Shown: piece after piece, positions 63,589-64,000 of the stretch | Position numbering within the stretch: position 1 is the first letter of the stretch | Layout: each line of letters begins with the position of its first letter | NCBI GenBank assembly: GCA_964016885.1 | Contig: OZ024746.1 | Span: forward strand, 44,082,001 to 44,146,000 | Direction of reading: 5' to 3' | DNA from: Eledone cirrhosa | Lineage: Eukaryota | Length of the DNA: 64,000 bases | The notes under the pieces: model-generated | Told to the model about the DNA's origin: nothing | The model's database searches: none | The model's input: the letters and a program-made list of their open reading frames with translations, nothing else | Translations under genes and position numbers: made by a program

Positions 63589-64000
63589 GACAATGATGAT
63601 GATGATATATAAATATATATATAGGTTGGCAGGACCTTCCAGTTATGTCAAGGACATGACACCCTCCCCAGTGCTGGTAATCTACATGATAAAAAACACC
63701 CAGTACATGCTGTAATGTCGTTGGTGATAGGAAGGGCATCCAACCATAGAAAGCCTGCCATACAAAAGGGTAGGAAGACCCTTTAGTCATGTCAAAGACA
63801 AAAATTTCTCTATTGCTGGAGCCATGATAAAATGCACTTGATTGAACATGGCACTATAGTTAATTGAGATGCGAACTTCCAGCCGGACAGGGAAGTCAGT
63901 GTCCCTGCGTCAGTACAGAGTCTGTGAAGACCTGTCCAATCCTTGTTAATAGAAAAAGTGAGTATTAAATAATTGTTTCTACTTTTGGCACAAGGCCACC

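Overview
This is AT-rich eukaryotic DNA, almost certainly intronic or intergenic. The SINE/RTE repertoire, with (CAT)n-tailed RTE ends and tRNA-headed CORE-SINEs, looks like an octopod cephalopod; that is an inference from recognised repeat types, not a database result. I found no confident host protein-coding gene, rRNA, true tRNA or CRISPR array, and nearly all ORF-track entries are chance ORFs, microsatellite read-through or decayed transposon frames. The window is a dense record of decayed mobile DNA. It holds many RTE LINE fragments, a GC-rich CRE-clade fragment, an R2-like fragment, several Penelope-like (PLE) remnants, two TIR-bounded internally deleted mariners, DD37D- and DD41D-like fragments, a TSD-bounded Buster/Charlie hAT carrying a 40-bp minisatellite, a Tip100-like hAT remnant and several SINE families. 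The best-resolved structure is a nested stack at 11.65-13.9 kb. There a Naiad-like PLE is split by a 799-bp non-autonomous Helitron inserted exactly at A|T, and removing it restores the WFNP reading frame. The PLE 3' end is duplicated (~77 bp) around an R2-like fragment. Other leads are a short hammerhead-ribozyme-bearing repeat present twice (34.6 kb and 52.4 kb) and four isolated long hairpins. All protein assignments come from manual translation and motif recall and need HMM/BLAST confirmation. Coordinates of decayed elements are approximate.
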